From an uncultured Candidatus Rokubacteria bacterium (lineage in GTDB: Bacteria > Methylomirabilota > Methylomirabilia > Rokubacteriales > CSP1-6), in contig CAVYTA010000006.1 in assembly GCA_963771355.1 (NCBI GenBank), positions 160,001 through 224,000 of the forward strand: a stretch of DNA of 64,000 nucleotides, written 5' to 3'. Under the pieces are notes generated by a model. The model saw only the letters and a list, made by a program, of their open reading frames with translations. It did no database searches and was not told where the DNA came from. Shown here in pieces: positions 40,505 to 50,880 of the stretch (the stretch's first letter is position 1; each line of letters begins with the position of its first letter). The translations under genes and the position numbers were made by a program.

Positions 40505-41203
40505 TCAGGCCGCCGCGCCGAGGAGCAGGCGCGTCAGCGCCTCGGGCTCGCTCAGCATCGGGTAATGTCCGGTGTCCAGCTCCGCGTAGGACGCCTTCAG
40601 GCGCTCGGCGGTGCGGCGCTGGTGCGCTTCGGGTGGGTTGCGGGCGCGCTGGCACCGGATCACCGAGGCGGTCCAGGTGCGCTCCCAGAACTCCGTCGGC
40701 TCCATGGGCGCTTCCAGCGCGGCGATGGGGTGGGGCGTGTAGCGGTCGAGCGCCCACGCGCGGGTGGCGGGCTCGAGATCGGCGAACATGCGGCCCTCGG
40801 CGTCCGGGCGCGTGGGGGCAGTGGTCAGCGTAGTGATCTCGTTGGCGGCGGGCCGATTCACGATGTCGGCGACGCGCTCACCGGGCAGGAGCGCGAGCGC
40901 GTCCACGAAGGCGAGCCGCGCGATGCGCTCGGCGGCCAGTGGCGCCGCCTGGCAGATGACCATCCCCCCCGAGCTGGTGCCCGCGAGCACCACATCCCGG
41001 AGATCCTCGTAGAAGAGCAGCCGCTCGATCTCCCGCGCATGGGTGCTGACGGTGATGCCGGCGCGGACCCGCTCGTGCCGCTCGCCGCAGCCCTCGAGGG
41101 TGGGGGCGTACACGGAATGCCCGGCCTTCTGCAGGCGCTGGGCGACCGGCTTCCAGATCCAGCCGCCCTGATACGCCCCGTGAATCAGCACGTAGGTCGC
41201 CAT
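40505..41203 (-). CDS. Alpha/beta hydrolase (methylesterase/EstC-like)
   Basis: VLIHGAYQGGWIW, GTSSGG nucleophile elbow, TGHYPM. Confidence 0.85.
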   Translation of the reverse strand: MATYVLIHGAYQGGWIWKPVAQRLQKAGHSVYAPTLEGCGERHERVRAGITVSTHAREIERLLFYEDLRDVVLAGTSSGGMVICQAAPLAAERIARLAFVDALALLPGERVADIVNRPAANEITTLTTAPTRPDAEGRMFADLEPATRAWALDRYTPHPIAALEAPMEPTEFWERTWTASVIRCQRARNPPEAHQRRTAERLKASYAELDTGHYPMLSEPEALTRLLLGAAA

Positions 41204-41230
41204 CGTTCCGCTCCGAGCGGCGCCTCCACA

Positions 41231-41266
41231 CACCGAGGGCGGAGGAGTGATCCTCCGCCCTCGGTG
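41231..41266. repeat. Perfect 16-bp inverted repeat (hairpin)
   Basis: CACCGAGGGCGGAGGA-GTGA-TCCTCCGCCCTCGGTG. Confidence 0.85.
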
Positions 41267-41290
41267 CGGTGGGCGACCGCGATAAGGGGT

Positions 41291-42793
41291 CTAGCCGCGC
41301 GCGGGCGCGACGTAGCCGTAGCGCGTGTTGCTACGCTGACCGCCCATGGCGACGTACTCCGCCTTGATCGCGGCGATCTTGTCCCGAGGGATCTCGTTCA
41401 GAGCCGACTTCACGTCGACGCGATAGAGGCGGGCCGAGTTTCCGCCCAGGATGGCCGACTTGACCAGCCCGTCGGCGGCGCCGAGGGGCGCGAACTGGTT
41501 GTTCTTCTGCATCTCGGCGGGGATCTCCAGCCGGCGGAAGGCCTCGATCTGCCACTGGGGCGAGCCGTACCACACCGAGTCGCTCCCCCAGGCCACGTGG
41601 TCGGCCCCGAGACCGCGGACGAGGGTGCCCACGAGGGCGGCGGCGAGCGGCGGGCTCGACACCGCGCAGGTCGCGAAGGACGTGCCGATCTCTCCGTAAA
41701 CGTTGTTGACGCCGAACTTGGCCGGGATCTCCGCCAGATCGGTGGCCCAATCGATCCGGCCCGACTTCCGGAACTCCGCGAGCATGGCATCCGGCGGCTC
41801 CAGGAACAGGCGGAGCGCGGAGTGATAGATGACGAAGTTCATCTGCGGCCAGTCCTTCGCCGCCTTCCCCACGTCCCACACGCTGTTGTACTGCCACGCC
41901 TGGGCCCAGGACTTCTGGTAGTCCGCCGGCAGCAGGCCCTTGTGAATGCAGATGGTGTTGATCCCGGACTTGACGGCCTTCTCGTAGAAGGGATACATGA
42001 GCTTCTCGTCGTCGAGCCGCCAGAAGGACTGCAGCTTGGAGGGCGAGAGCGGGTCGCCCACGGTATAGCCCTTCCAGCTGTCCGGCCGGACCTGGGCGAT
42101 GCACCGATCCACCTCGGCCATCCACGGGCCCTTGTTCGGCGTGATCACCGCGTGGCCGAGCAGCCGCCGGGAGCCGGAGATGCGGTTGATGGCGGCGCGC
42201 GCGGCCGCGATCTGGTCGTTGGTCAGCAGATCCCAGGTGGGGTCGTCGAAGGGCGCCCCCGAGAGCAGCGCGACCTTGGTATCGCTGTCGACGTAGATCT
42301 CCTTGACGAAATTCTCGAACTTGTAGCGGGCGAGGTTGTTCTCGCCGGCCAGCGCGGGATTCCAGTTCTGGCGGGCGTACTTGGCCAGGTCGAGGAGCCC
42401 GGTCTGGTTGAAGTCGTCCCGGACGAAGTGGACCTGATCATCGAAGATGAACTGCCCGGCGAGTCCGCCCGCGCGCTGGTCGGCCACGCCCGGCGTCTGC
42501 GCCTCGGCGCGGCTCACGTCGAAGATGGGACCGAAGACCTCGTTCATGGCCAGGAACGCCGCCGCCATCCCGGCGGTGCTGGCGAGGAAGCGCCGGCGAT
42601 CCATGCCGTGGCCGGGCGCGTGCCGGTCGGCGAGGTCCTTGATGCGCGCCTCCACCCGGGCCTGCTCGCGGGTCTGGGGCAGGGGGTTGAACTCTCCGTT
42701 GGAGACGATCTGGGTAGGCACCGGAGACGCGAACGCCGCGGTCTCGGCGGGTGCGGTGCGCTGCAGCTCTTCCGGGCTCAGGTAATGGGGCAT
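41291..42793 (-). CDS. Amidohydrolase_2-family protein with an internal twin-arginine-like segment
   Basis: FDDQVHF, WKGYT, ICIHKG, VIYHSA, WGSDSVWYGSPQWQIEA; MDRRRFLAS about 65 aa after the start. Confidence 0.85.
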   Translation of the reverse strand: MPHYLSPEELQRTAPAETAAFASPVPTQIVSNGEFNPLPQTREQARVEARIKDLADRHAPGHGMDRRRFLASTAGMAAAFLAMNEVFGPIFDVSRAEAQTPGVADQRAGGLAGQFIFDDQVHFVRDDFNQTGLLDLAKYARQNWNPALAGENNLARYKFENFVKEIYVDSDTKVALLSGAPFDDPTWDLLTNDQIAAARAAINRISGSRRLLGHAVITPNKGPWMAEVDRCIAQVRPDSWKGYTVGDPLSPSKLQSFWRLDDEKLMYPFYEKAVKSGINTICIHKGLLPADYQKSWAQAWQYNSVWDVGKAAKDWPQMNFVIYHSALRLFLEPPDAMLAEFRKSGRIDWATDLAEIPAKFGVNNVYGEIGTSFATCAVSSPPLAAALVGTLVRGLGADHVAWGSDSVWYGSPQWQIEAFRRLEIPAEMQKNNQFAPLGAADGLVKSAILGGNSARLYRVDVKSALNEIPRDKIAAIKAEYVAMGGQRSNTRYGYVAPARG

Positions 42794-42945
42794 CACGAGC
42801 CTCCTTCGGGGTGCGTGGCAAGAACCATCGTTCCACGGCATGCGGAGGGCGGTCGGGGCGGAACGGAGACGGGGTCACCACCTCCTTGTGGTTCGCCCAA
42901 ACAACGGGTCCGGCAGGATCATACCCCAACCTGACCGGCTGCGGC

Positions 42946-44888
42946 TCACGTCACGCGGAGAGCCAGTCCGGCGACGGCGGCCGCGAACTCGAGGGGATCG
43001 ATCGGCTTCGTCAGGTAGAGGTCGAAGCCGGCTTCGAATGACCGCATCTCGTTCTCCGTCGTTCCGTAGGCGGTGATCGCAATGGCGGCGAGCCTCCGGC
43101 CGTTCTTGCCGATGGCGTGCCGCATCCCCCGGAGCAGCATGAAGCCGTCCTCGCCGGGCATGGCGAGATCGCTGACGAGGATTTGCGGCTGCCAATCGGT
43201 CACGATCTCGTGCGCGCGAAACGCCGACGAGGCCACGCGCACCTCGGCGCCCTCCCGGCGCAAGGTCATCGCGGTCAGGTCGAGGGCGTCGGCGTTGTCG
43301 TCCACGACGAGCACGCGCAAGCCGCGCAGCAGGGCCGACCCGCCGCCGCGGTACTCGACGAGGGCCCGCGTCGGAAGCTCCGTCCTCTGCGGGGGCGCCC
43401 ACGGCAGCGTCACCCTGAACGTGGCTCCCTGGCCCTTGCCCGGGCTCTCCGCGCTCACGCGGCCGCCGTGAAGCTCCACGAGGTGGCGGACGAGGGCCAG
43501 CCCGAGGCCCAGTCCCCCATGCGCCCGCGAGCTGGAGCTGTCTTCCTGACGGAAGCGCTCGAACACATAGGGCAGGACCTCCGGGCTGATGCCTTCGCCG
43601 GTGTCCGCCACCACGATCTCGGCGTTGCCGTCTCCGGCTTTCCACCGAGACCTCCACCCGGCCGCCGCGAGGCGTGAACTTGACCGCGTTCATCAGGAGG
43701 TTCCACACCACTTGCTGCAGCCGATCGGCGGCGCCGCGCATGGGTTCCAGCGACCGTATCGAGCGCGGTCACCAGCGCGAGCTCCTTGGCGGTCGCGGCG
43801 GGCCGTACCGTATCCAGCGCTGCCTCGATGACGGCCTTGAGGTCCAGGTCCTCGAACTCCAGCCGCATGCGGCCGGTGACGATACGCGAGAGGTCGAGGA
43901 GATCCTCGATCAACCGGGCCTGGGCGGAGGCGCTGCGGACGATGGTGGCCACCGCGCGGGCGCGGGTCTCGTCGTCGAGATCGGCGCTCTGGAGCATGCG
44001 TGCCCAGCCAAAGATGGCATTGAGCGGCGTGCGGAGCTCGTGAGACACGGTGGCGAGGAACTCGTCCTTGGTCCGGTTCAACGCCTCCGCCTGGGTGCGT
44101 GCCTGCTGCTCGCGGGCGAGCAGCCGCTCGCGCTCTTCTTCCATGAGGCGCCGCTCGGTGACGTCCCGGGCGATCTTGGAGGCGCCCAGGATCTGGCCCG
44201 TGCCATCCCTGATCGGTGAGATGGTGAGGGAGATGTTCAGCCGGTGCCCGTTTCGCGAGACGCGGATGGTCTCGAAGTGGTCGACCCGTTCACCCCGCCG
44301 GATGCGGGCCAGCACCTCGTCCTCCTCGGCGCGGCGGTCGTCCGGGATGATGAGGGTGATGTGCCGGCCCACCGCCTCCGCGGCGGTCCAGCCGAAGATG
44401 CGCTCGGCCCCGGCGTTCCAGGAGGTGATGACGCCGTCGAGCGTCTTGCTGATGATCGCATCGTCCGAGGAGTCCACGAGGGCGGCGAGGCGCGCCTGGG
44501 TGATCTCGCCTTGGCGCTGCGGGGTGATGTCCCGGGCGATCTTGGAGGCGCCCACGATCCGGCCCGCGTCATCCTTGATCGGTGAGACGGTGAGGGAGAT
44601 GTTCAGCCGGTGTCCGTTTCGCGCGACGCGGATGGTCTCGAAGTGGTCGACCCGCTCGCCCCGGCGGATGCGGGCCAGCACTTCGGCCGCCTCGGCGTGG
44701 CGCTCCTCGGGGATGATGAGAGTGATGTGCCGGCCCACCGCCTCCGCGGCGGTCCAGCCGAAGATGCGCTCGGCCCCCCGGTTCCAGAACGTGATGACGC
44801 CGTCGAGCGTCTTGCTGATGATTGCGTCGTCCGACGAGTCGATGAGGGCTCGCAGCTCGGCGACGGACAGGAACAGATCGTCAGCCAT
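42946..44888 (-). CDS. PAS-PAS hybrid sensor histidine kinase with receiver; frameshifts near 43745 and 43640
   Basis: Two [16 protein letters not shown] domains; [58 protein letters not shown]. Confidence 0.9.
44164..44840. repeat. Intragenic tandem duplication of the PAS coding unit (366-bp period)
   Basis: 44164-44474 and 44530-44840 are nearly identical at the DNA level, with long exact stretches. Confidence 0.9.
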
Positions 44889-44896
44889 GCCGCCCT

Positions 44897-45844
44897 TCAC
44901 GCCTCCCGGAGGGCCAGCCCGAGCGAGCCGCCGATGAGCGAGACCGCGCGGAGCGCAGTGTCCAGCACGCGCCCCATGCCCACGAAGCCGTGGATCATCC
45001 CGCCGAAGGAGACATAGTCCACGGCGACACCGGCCTCGCGCAGCCGGGTGGCATAAGCCGCGCCCTCGTCGCGCAGCGGATCGAAGCCCGCGGTGATGAC
45101 GAGCGCCGGGGGCAACCCCGCCAGCGACGGCGCGCGGAGCGGGGACGCGCGCCAGTCATTGGCGTCCTCCTTCCGGCCGAGGTAGTGCGCGATGAACCAG
45201 CGCATGCTGTCGCGGGTGAGCATGTAGCCGTCGGCGAAGTCGGCGTAGGACGGGGACTCGCTGCCCACGTCGGTGACGGGATAGATGAGCACCTGGAGCG
45301 CGATGGCGGGCGCGCCGGCATCGCGGGCCATCAGCGCCACCACCGCCGCGAGGTTGGCCCCGGCGCTGTCGCCCCCCACCGCCAGGCGGCCGGCGTCCAC
45401 GCCTAGCCCGGCGGCATGAGCCACGATCCAGCGCGTGGCCGCCCAGGCATCGTCGGCGGCGGCGGGGAACTTGTGCTCGGGGGCCAGGCGGTAGTCCACC
45501 GCGATGACACAGGCGCCGGACTCCGCGGTGAGCTGCCGGCAGAGCACGTCGTGGGATTCCAGATCCCCGATCACCCAGCCGCCGCCGTGGAAGTAGACGT
45601 ACACCGGCAGCGGCTTCGTGTCGGGCACTCCCGCCGGCCGATAGAGGCGGAGCGGGATCTCACCGACCGGGCCCTCGGCGGCAAGGTTCCGCACCGTCCC
45701 GATGGCGGGCGGGGCGGGCGTCGAGAAGGGGCGCGTCTCGAGGAAGAGCGCTCGTGCGTCCTTGGGAGAGAGCGTGTGGTAGGGCGGCCGCCCCGCCTTG
45801 ATCGCGAGCGCGATGACGGCCTGGGCCTGCGGATCAAGCGCCAT
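44897..45844 (-). CDS. HSL-family (Aes-like) esterase/lipase
   Basis: HGGGW, GDSAG, FDPLRDEG, IHGF. Confidence 0.92.
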   Translation of the reverse strand: MALDPQAQAVIALAIKAGRPPYHTLSPKDARALFLETRPFSTPAPPAIGTVRNLAAEGPVGEIPLRLYRPAGVPDTKPLPVYVYFHGGGWVIGDLESHDVLCRQLTAESGACVIAVDYRLAPEHKFPAAADDAWAATRWIVAHAAGLGVDAGRLAVGGDSAGANLAAVVALMARDAGAPAIALQVLIYPVTDVGSESPSYADFADGYMLTRDSMRWFIAHYLGRKEDANDWRASPLRAPSLAGLPPALVITAGFDPLRDEGAAYATRLREAGVAVDYVSFGGMIHGFVGMGRVLDTALRAVSLIGGSLGLALREA

Positions 45845-47291
45845 GGCGCAATACCTCCTGGGCCTGCTTCTCGACGACGGTGCCCTTGAAGAAATCGGGG
45901 TTCACCTCGCCCCAGAAGCGCACCGCATTGGAGAACATGAAGTCCTGGAAATCACCGTCGGTGAGGAGCCCGTGCTCGACCAGCTCGTACGCCTCGGGCA
46001 CCACGTCCGTCATGTCGGGGACGTCGAAGTGGCCGATGTCCGAGCTGAAGAGCGCATTGAGCCGGGCCCGCAGGGGGCTGGCCTGGCGATTGAACGCCCA
46101 GGCATTGGTGGGATCATCCGCCTCGCAGCCGAAGTAGAAGCGCGGGACGAACAGATCGCGGATGTCTTCCTTCTTCGTGATCTGGCACCGGAAGTAGTCG
46201 TCGAGGTCCTCGAGGCCGCCGGTGAGCGTGGAGTTCGAGTCGCCTTCCAGTCCCTCCCGCCGGCCCACCGCCTCTGCCACCGCGGGACTGCCGTACTTCC
46301 GGGCCAGCTCGTGGAGCTTCCCGACGTCGAGCTTCCCGGGATTGGTGCGCTCGATGGCCTGGCGGTTGCGCTTCTCCCAGTGGCCGATGAGGTCCGCGTA
46401 GAGCATGGACGCCCAGCCCACGCCCCCCTCGAGGAACGCGAAGTTGAGCGCGGGGAACCGGCGGGTCACGCCGCCGAGGAAGAGGGCCTTGGCCACCGCC
46501 TCGCCGGCGGAGGCGAAGTGGCCGATGTGGTTGTAGCAGAAGTTGGACGGCGAGTTGCGGAGCAGGATGGAGCGGGCGCCGTTGTGAAAGCTCGGCGCCA
46601 CCCGCAGCTCCAGGCACTTCCGCCACACCGGATCGTAGTCGTAGGGACTGTCCAGCCCGATGACGTCGTACCACTCGAGGAGCTTGGACGCCTCCGGCTG
46701 CTCTTCCTCGAGCGCGGGCACGCGGCGGCGCATGAGGCCGCCCACCATGACCACCTTGTAGCCGAGCTCGGTGACGGCGAACTCCAGCTCCTCGATGGCC
46801 TCCTCGGGCGTGTACATGGGGATGATGGCGGCAGGGATCACGCGATCCCCCAGGCCGCGGAACTGATCCGCGGCGAAGACATTATAGGCGCGGCAGATGG
46901 CGCGCCGCAGCCGCGTGTCCTGCATGCGGTGGAAGGAAAGGCCGGCGGTGGGATAGACCACGCTGAAGTCGATGCCGAGGTCGTCCAGCCGCTCGTACAT
47001 GAGGCGCGGGAGCATGGCGGTTGCCCGGTCCAGCACGTTCTCGCTGGGCGACGACCAGAAGGCCTCCTGGCCGACCCGCTTCCGGGTGCGCTCGGCGAGC
47101 GTCATCTTGAGCGAGGTGGGCACGCGCTGGGTCGCCACCGCCAGCGCCTCGGCCGCCGCCTCGCCGCCGATACGGCGGAACTCCTCCTTCATGACGGGGC
47201 CGTACTCGATCCAGTGGCCGTCCGCGTCGATGACCGGATGGGACAGGCGGGCATGGAGCTTCCGGGCGTCGGTCTGGCCGTTGGTCTGCAT
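45834..47291 (-). CDS. Amidohydrolase_2-family protein
   Basis: IDADGHWIE, YPTAG, FLEGGVGW, FSSDIGHFDV. Confidence 0.85.
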   Translation of the reverse strand: MQTNGQTDARKLHARLSHPVIDADGHWIEYGPVMKEEFRRIGGEAAAEALAVATQRVPTSLKMTLAERTRKRVGQEAFWSSPSENVLDRATAMLPRLMYERLDDLGIDFSVVYPTAGLSFHRMQDTRLRRAICRAYNVFAADQFRGLGDRVIPAAIIPMYTPEEAIEELEFAVTELGYKVVMVGGLMRRRVPALEEEQPEASKLLEWYDVIGLDSPYDYDPVWRKCLELRVAPSFHNGARSILLRNSPSNFCYNHIGHFASAGEAVAKALFLGGVTRRFPALNFAFLEGGVGWASMLYADLIGHWEKRNRQAIERTNPGKLDVGKLHELARKYGSPAVAEAVGRREGLEGDSNSTLTGGLEDLDDYFRCQITKKEDIRDLFVPRFYFGCEADDPTNAWAFNRQASPLRARLNALFSSDIGHFDVPDMTDVVPEAYELVEHGLLTDGDFQDFMFSNAVRFWGEVNPDFFKGTVVEKQAQEVLRHGA

Positions 47292-47341
47292 GGCGGCGCC
47301 TCCTTGGCTATCGGGCATCCTGACTCGCCCCGCCCGCGGGG

Positions 47342-47488
47342 TCAAGGGGAGGGGTCCCGAGCGCGGAGCTCACGCAAGAATCGATCGGGGGAGACGAAGA
47401 AGGTGTTGAAGAACGCGCGCACGTGACGGTGACGCGCAAGTCGCGCTCTCGCGAGAGTGATCGGCCGCTCGCTCGCTCCAGTCGTCAT
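47342..47488 (-). CDS. Putative 48-aa small protein
   Basis: MTTGASERPITLARARLARHRHVRAFFNTFFVSPDRFLRELRARDPSP*, GGGGA RBS-like site; below the ORF track cutoff. Confidence 0.35.
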   Translation of the reverse strand: MTTGASERPITLARARLARHRHVRAFFNTFFVSPDRFLRELRARDPSP

Positions 47489-47653
47489 GCAGGTCCCCAA
47501 TCGGTACGAGGGTTCTCGGCCCGCCCTTCCTGTGGTGCGGCGAACGCCCGGTCAAACAATACCGGCGCCGGTAGGGGCCGCGGGGCTCCACCCCGGGAGC
47601 GGTCTTCGGTGATATGTTACCGGCACTGTTCACCCCTTGCCTGGAGGTCGGTC

Positions 47654-49199
47654 ATGTTCGTCCCCCTCACGTTGGCGGACTTCCTCGAGCGCGCGGACCG
47701 CGTCTACGCCGACCGCGTGGGCATCATCGACGAGCCCGAGCCCCCGGGCGGCGGCCTCGGGCGCGTGACCTATGGCCGCTTCGCCGCGATGAGCCGGAGC
47801 CTGGCCGCCGCGCTCGACGATCTGGGGGTGGGGGAGGGCGAGCGGGTGGCCATCGTATCGCCCAATGCGGGCCGCTTCCTGGTGAGCCTCTTCGGGGTGA
47901 GCGCGTTCGGCCGCGTGCTGGTGCCGGTCAACTTCCGCCTCAATGCCGACGAGATCCGCTACATCATCGAGCACTCGGGCTCCACGGTGGCCCTGGTAGA
48001 TCCCGAGATGGAAGCGCTGGTGGAGCCCATCCCCGTGAAGCATCGCTTCATCCTCGGTGCGGCCACGGACGCCGCGCTCTTCGGCCGTGCGGAGGCGCGC
48101 CCCCGCTACTCCGTCAGCGACGAGAACGCGACCGTCTCCGTGAACTACACCTCCGGCACCACCGCGCGGCCCAAGGGCGTCCAGCTCACGCACCGCGGGT
48201 GCTGGCTCAACGCCGTCACCTTCGGCTGGCACGTGGGCGTCTCCGATCGCGACGTGTACCTCCACACGCTGCCCACCTTCCACTGCAATGGTTGGGGGAT
48301 GCCCTATGCAGTCACCGCCATGGGCGCGCGCCAGGTCATCATCCGGAAGATCGACGGCGAGGACATCCTCCGGCGAGTGGAGGCCGAGGGAGTGACGCTG
48401 CTCAACGGCGCGCCCGCGGTGGTCGCCGCCATCCTGGCCGCGGCGCAGGCGCGGCGGCAGCGCGGAGAGGCGATCCCCGGGGCGGGACGCGTGCGGATGG
48501 TGGTGGCGGGCGCGCCGCCCCCGTCCAAGACCATCGAGCGGGTGGAGACCGAGCTGGGGTGGGAGTTCATCCAGATCTACGGGCTGACCGAGACCTCGCC
48601 GCTCCTCACCATCAACCGGTCGCCGGCGGAGTGGGACGGGCTCGAGCCGGGCGAGCGCGCGCGCCGGCTGTCGCGGGCGGGCGTGCCCGCGGTGGGCGTG
48701 CGCATGGCGGTGGACCCGGAGGGTGAGATCCTCGCGCGCTCGAATCACGTGTACGAGGGCTACTGGAAGCAGCCCGAGGAGACGGCCAAGGCCATCGTGG
48801 ACGGCTGGTTCCGCACCGGCGACGGCGGGCACGAGGACGGTGCCTACATCGTCATCGCCGACCGGAAGAAGGACGTCATCATCACCGGCGGGGAGAACGT
48901 CTCCTCCATCGAGGTGGAGGACTGCCTCTTCCAGCACGCGGCCGTGCTGGAGGCCGCGGTGATCGGCATTCCCGACGAGAAGTGGGGCGAGACCATCAAG
49001 GGACTGGTGGTGCTCCGCCCCGGCCATGCCGTGACCGAGCCCGAGCTCATCGCGTTCTGCCGCGAGCCGCATGGCGCATTTCAAGTGCCCGACCTCGATC
49101 GAGTTCCGGGACACGCTCCTGCGGACCGCCACCGGCAAGCTCCAGAAGTTCAAGCTGCGCGAGCCCTACTGGGCGGGCCGCGACCGCCGGGTGAGCTGA
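47654..49199 (+). CDS. Acyl-CoA synthetase (AMP-forming), frameshift at about 49066
   Basis: YTSGTTARPKG, YGLTET, WFRTGD, DRKKDVIITGGENV; shifted tail AHFKCP..RTATGKLQKFKLR. Confidence 0.9.
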
Positions 49200-49298
49200 G
49201 CCGGTCGAGGTTGCGCCGACCCCCGGGCGCGGGTACGCTTCGCCGAGCGCGCAGGGGTCGAACCACCCTCAAATTTCATTTACCGATGGAGGGCAATC

Positions 49299-49769
49299 AT
49301 GGCCAAGGTCAAGCCGATTCCGGATGGTTACCACAGTGTGACGCCGTACCTCGTCATCAACGGCGCCGCCAAGGCGATCGACTTCTACAAGAAGGTCTTC
49401 GGCGCCACCGAGAAGATGCGGATGCCCGGCCCCGGGGGGAAGGTCGGGCATGCCGAGCTGACCCTCGGCGACTCGATGATCATGCTCGCCGACGAGCACC
49501 CCGAGATGGGCCACCGCGCCCCCCATGCCTACGGCGGCTCGGCGGTGAGCCTCCTGGTCTACGTCCCCGATGTGGACGCCACCGTGAAGACCGCGATCGC
49601 CGGGGGCGCCAAGGTGATCCGGCCGGTGGAGAACCAGTTCTACGGCGACCGGATGGGGACCATCGAGGACCCGTTCGGCCATCAGTGGTCCGTCTCCACC
49701 CACGTCGAGGACGTGCCGCCGGAGGAGATGGCCAAGCGGGCTGCCGCCGCCATGGGCAAGCAGAGCTAG
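49299..49769 (+). CDS. VOC-family PhnB-like glyoxalase
   Basis: VTPYLVI..AIDFYKKVFGA, HAEL, QFYGDR..DPFGHQW. Confidence 0.9.
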   Translation: MAKVKPIPDGYHSVTPYLVINGAAKAIDFYKKVFGATEKMRMPGPGGKVGHAELTLGDSMIMLADEHPEMGHRAPHAYGGSAVSLLVYVPDVDATVKTAIAGGAKVIRPVENQFYGDRMGTIEDPFGHQWSVSTHVEDVPPEEMAKRAAAAMGKQS

Positions 49770-49870
49770 CACGCAGGAAGCGGTGCGCCGTCGCGAAAGC
49801 GGCGGCGCACCGCCGCGACGTTGCACCGCCCCGAGCCGTCCGATTCCCCCGCAGGTCACGAAAGGATGTC

Positions 49871-50653
49871 ATGGACCTTCTTTCCGGCAAGGTGGCGATC
49901 ATCACGGGAGCCAGCAAGGGTATCGGGCGCGTCATGAGCCGTCTCTTCGCGCGCGAAGGGGCCGCGGTGATCTGTGCCGCGCGCTCGGGCGCGCTGGTGG
50001 AGGAGACGGCGGCGCTGGTGAAGAAGGACGGCGGGCGCGCCATCGCCGTCACCGGCGACGCCGCCCGGGAAGCGGACGTGAAGCGCATGGTGGCGGAGGG
50101 CGTGAAGGCCTTCGGCAAGGTCGACACCCTGGTGAACAATGCCGGCGACGGCGGCGTCACCAAGCCCGTGCAGGAGTACACCGAGGAGGACTGGTTCTAC
50201 ACCATCAACTCCTGCCTCACCTCCTCTTACATGTGCATCCGCTTCACGGTGCCCGAGATGATCAAGGCCGGGGGCGGCGCCATCGTGAACATCTCCTCGG
50301 GCGCGGGACGGCGTGGACTGCCGTTCCGCATCGGCTATTGCTCGGCCAAGGCGGGGCAGGTGGGCATGACCTTCGGCATGGCGCTGGAGCTGGCCCCGCA
50401 CAACATCACGGTGAACTGCGTGGCGCCGGGGGCCATCGAAGGCGACCGCATCGACCGCGTGATCGAGGGACAGGCGAAGCAGCGGGGCATGACGCCGGAG
50501 GCGATGCGGCAGGCCATGCTGGAGCGCTCGCCGCTCCGGCGCATGGCGACCGCCGAGGACATCTCCGCCGCCGCCGCTTTTCTCTGCAGCCCGGCGGCGC
50601 GGAACATCTCGGGCCAGGTGCTGCCCGTCAATGCCGGCGAGCCCGCGGGCTAG
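49871..50653 (+). CDS. Short-chain dehydrogenase/reductase
   Basis: TGASKGIG, NNAG, NISS, YCSAK, VAPG. Confidence 0.92.
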   Translation: MDLLSGKVAIITGASKGIGRVMSRLFAREGAAVICAARSGALVEETAALVKKDGGRAIAVTGDAAREADVKRMVAEGVKAFGKVDTLVNNAGDGGVTKPVQEYTEEDWFYTINSCLTSSYMCIRFTVPEMIKAGGGAIVNISSGAGRRGLPFRIGYCSAKAGQVGMTFGMALELAPHNITVNCVAPGAIEGDRIDRVIEGQAKQRGMTPEAMRQAMLERSPLRRMATAEDISAAAAFLCSPAARNISGQVLPVNAGEPAG

Positions 50654-50737
50654 GCCGATGGGTGGGTTCGCCGGCCGGATGTTCGCCGGCCAACCCTCCC
50701 AAAAAGCTGACAGATCAAGGGCTTCCCAAACTTGACC

Positions 50738-50766
50738 TTGACGGCGGCACCCGGCCAGCTTAGCAT
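50738..50766 (+). promoter_or_regulatory. Putative sigma70 promoter
   Basis: TTGACG-17 nt-TAGCAT. Confidence 0.5.
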
Positions 50767-50880
50767 CCACTCAAGCAACGGGAACCGATGCCGGAGGTCG
50801 TTGATGCTGTCCCTCCTCCACAAGCGGCGTGACCTTGGCGTGCTCGACACGAAAGGCGCCGCCCGCGGCGGCCGAAGCGC

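Noticed and set aside
40565..42934. Long antisense and alternate-frame ORFs (e.g. 40565-42934, 5633-7240, 26435-28138, 30124-31914)
   Set aside because: Shadows of real genes in high-GC DNA, with no recognisable motifs.
44164..44840. Near-identical repeats as a diversity-generating retroelement TR/VR pair
   Set aside because: Both copies are in-frame PAS domains of one gene, differences are not adenine-specific, and no reverse transcriptase is present.
7495..49070. Single frameshifts at about 7499, 14356, 33220, 43640, 43745 and 49066 considered as programmed frameshifts or phase variation
   Set aside because: No slippery heptamers or long tracts. They are scattered in unrelated intact genes, which is best explained by read or consensus error.
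47423..50653. 1076-aa ORF appearing to fuse an acyl-CoA synthetase to an SDR
   Set aside because: Artefact of one extra base near 49066. The true synthetase tail ends at 49199, a separate VOC gene lies inside, and the SDR has its own RBS and ATG at 49871.
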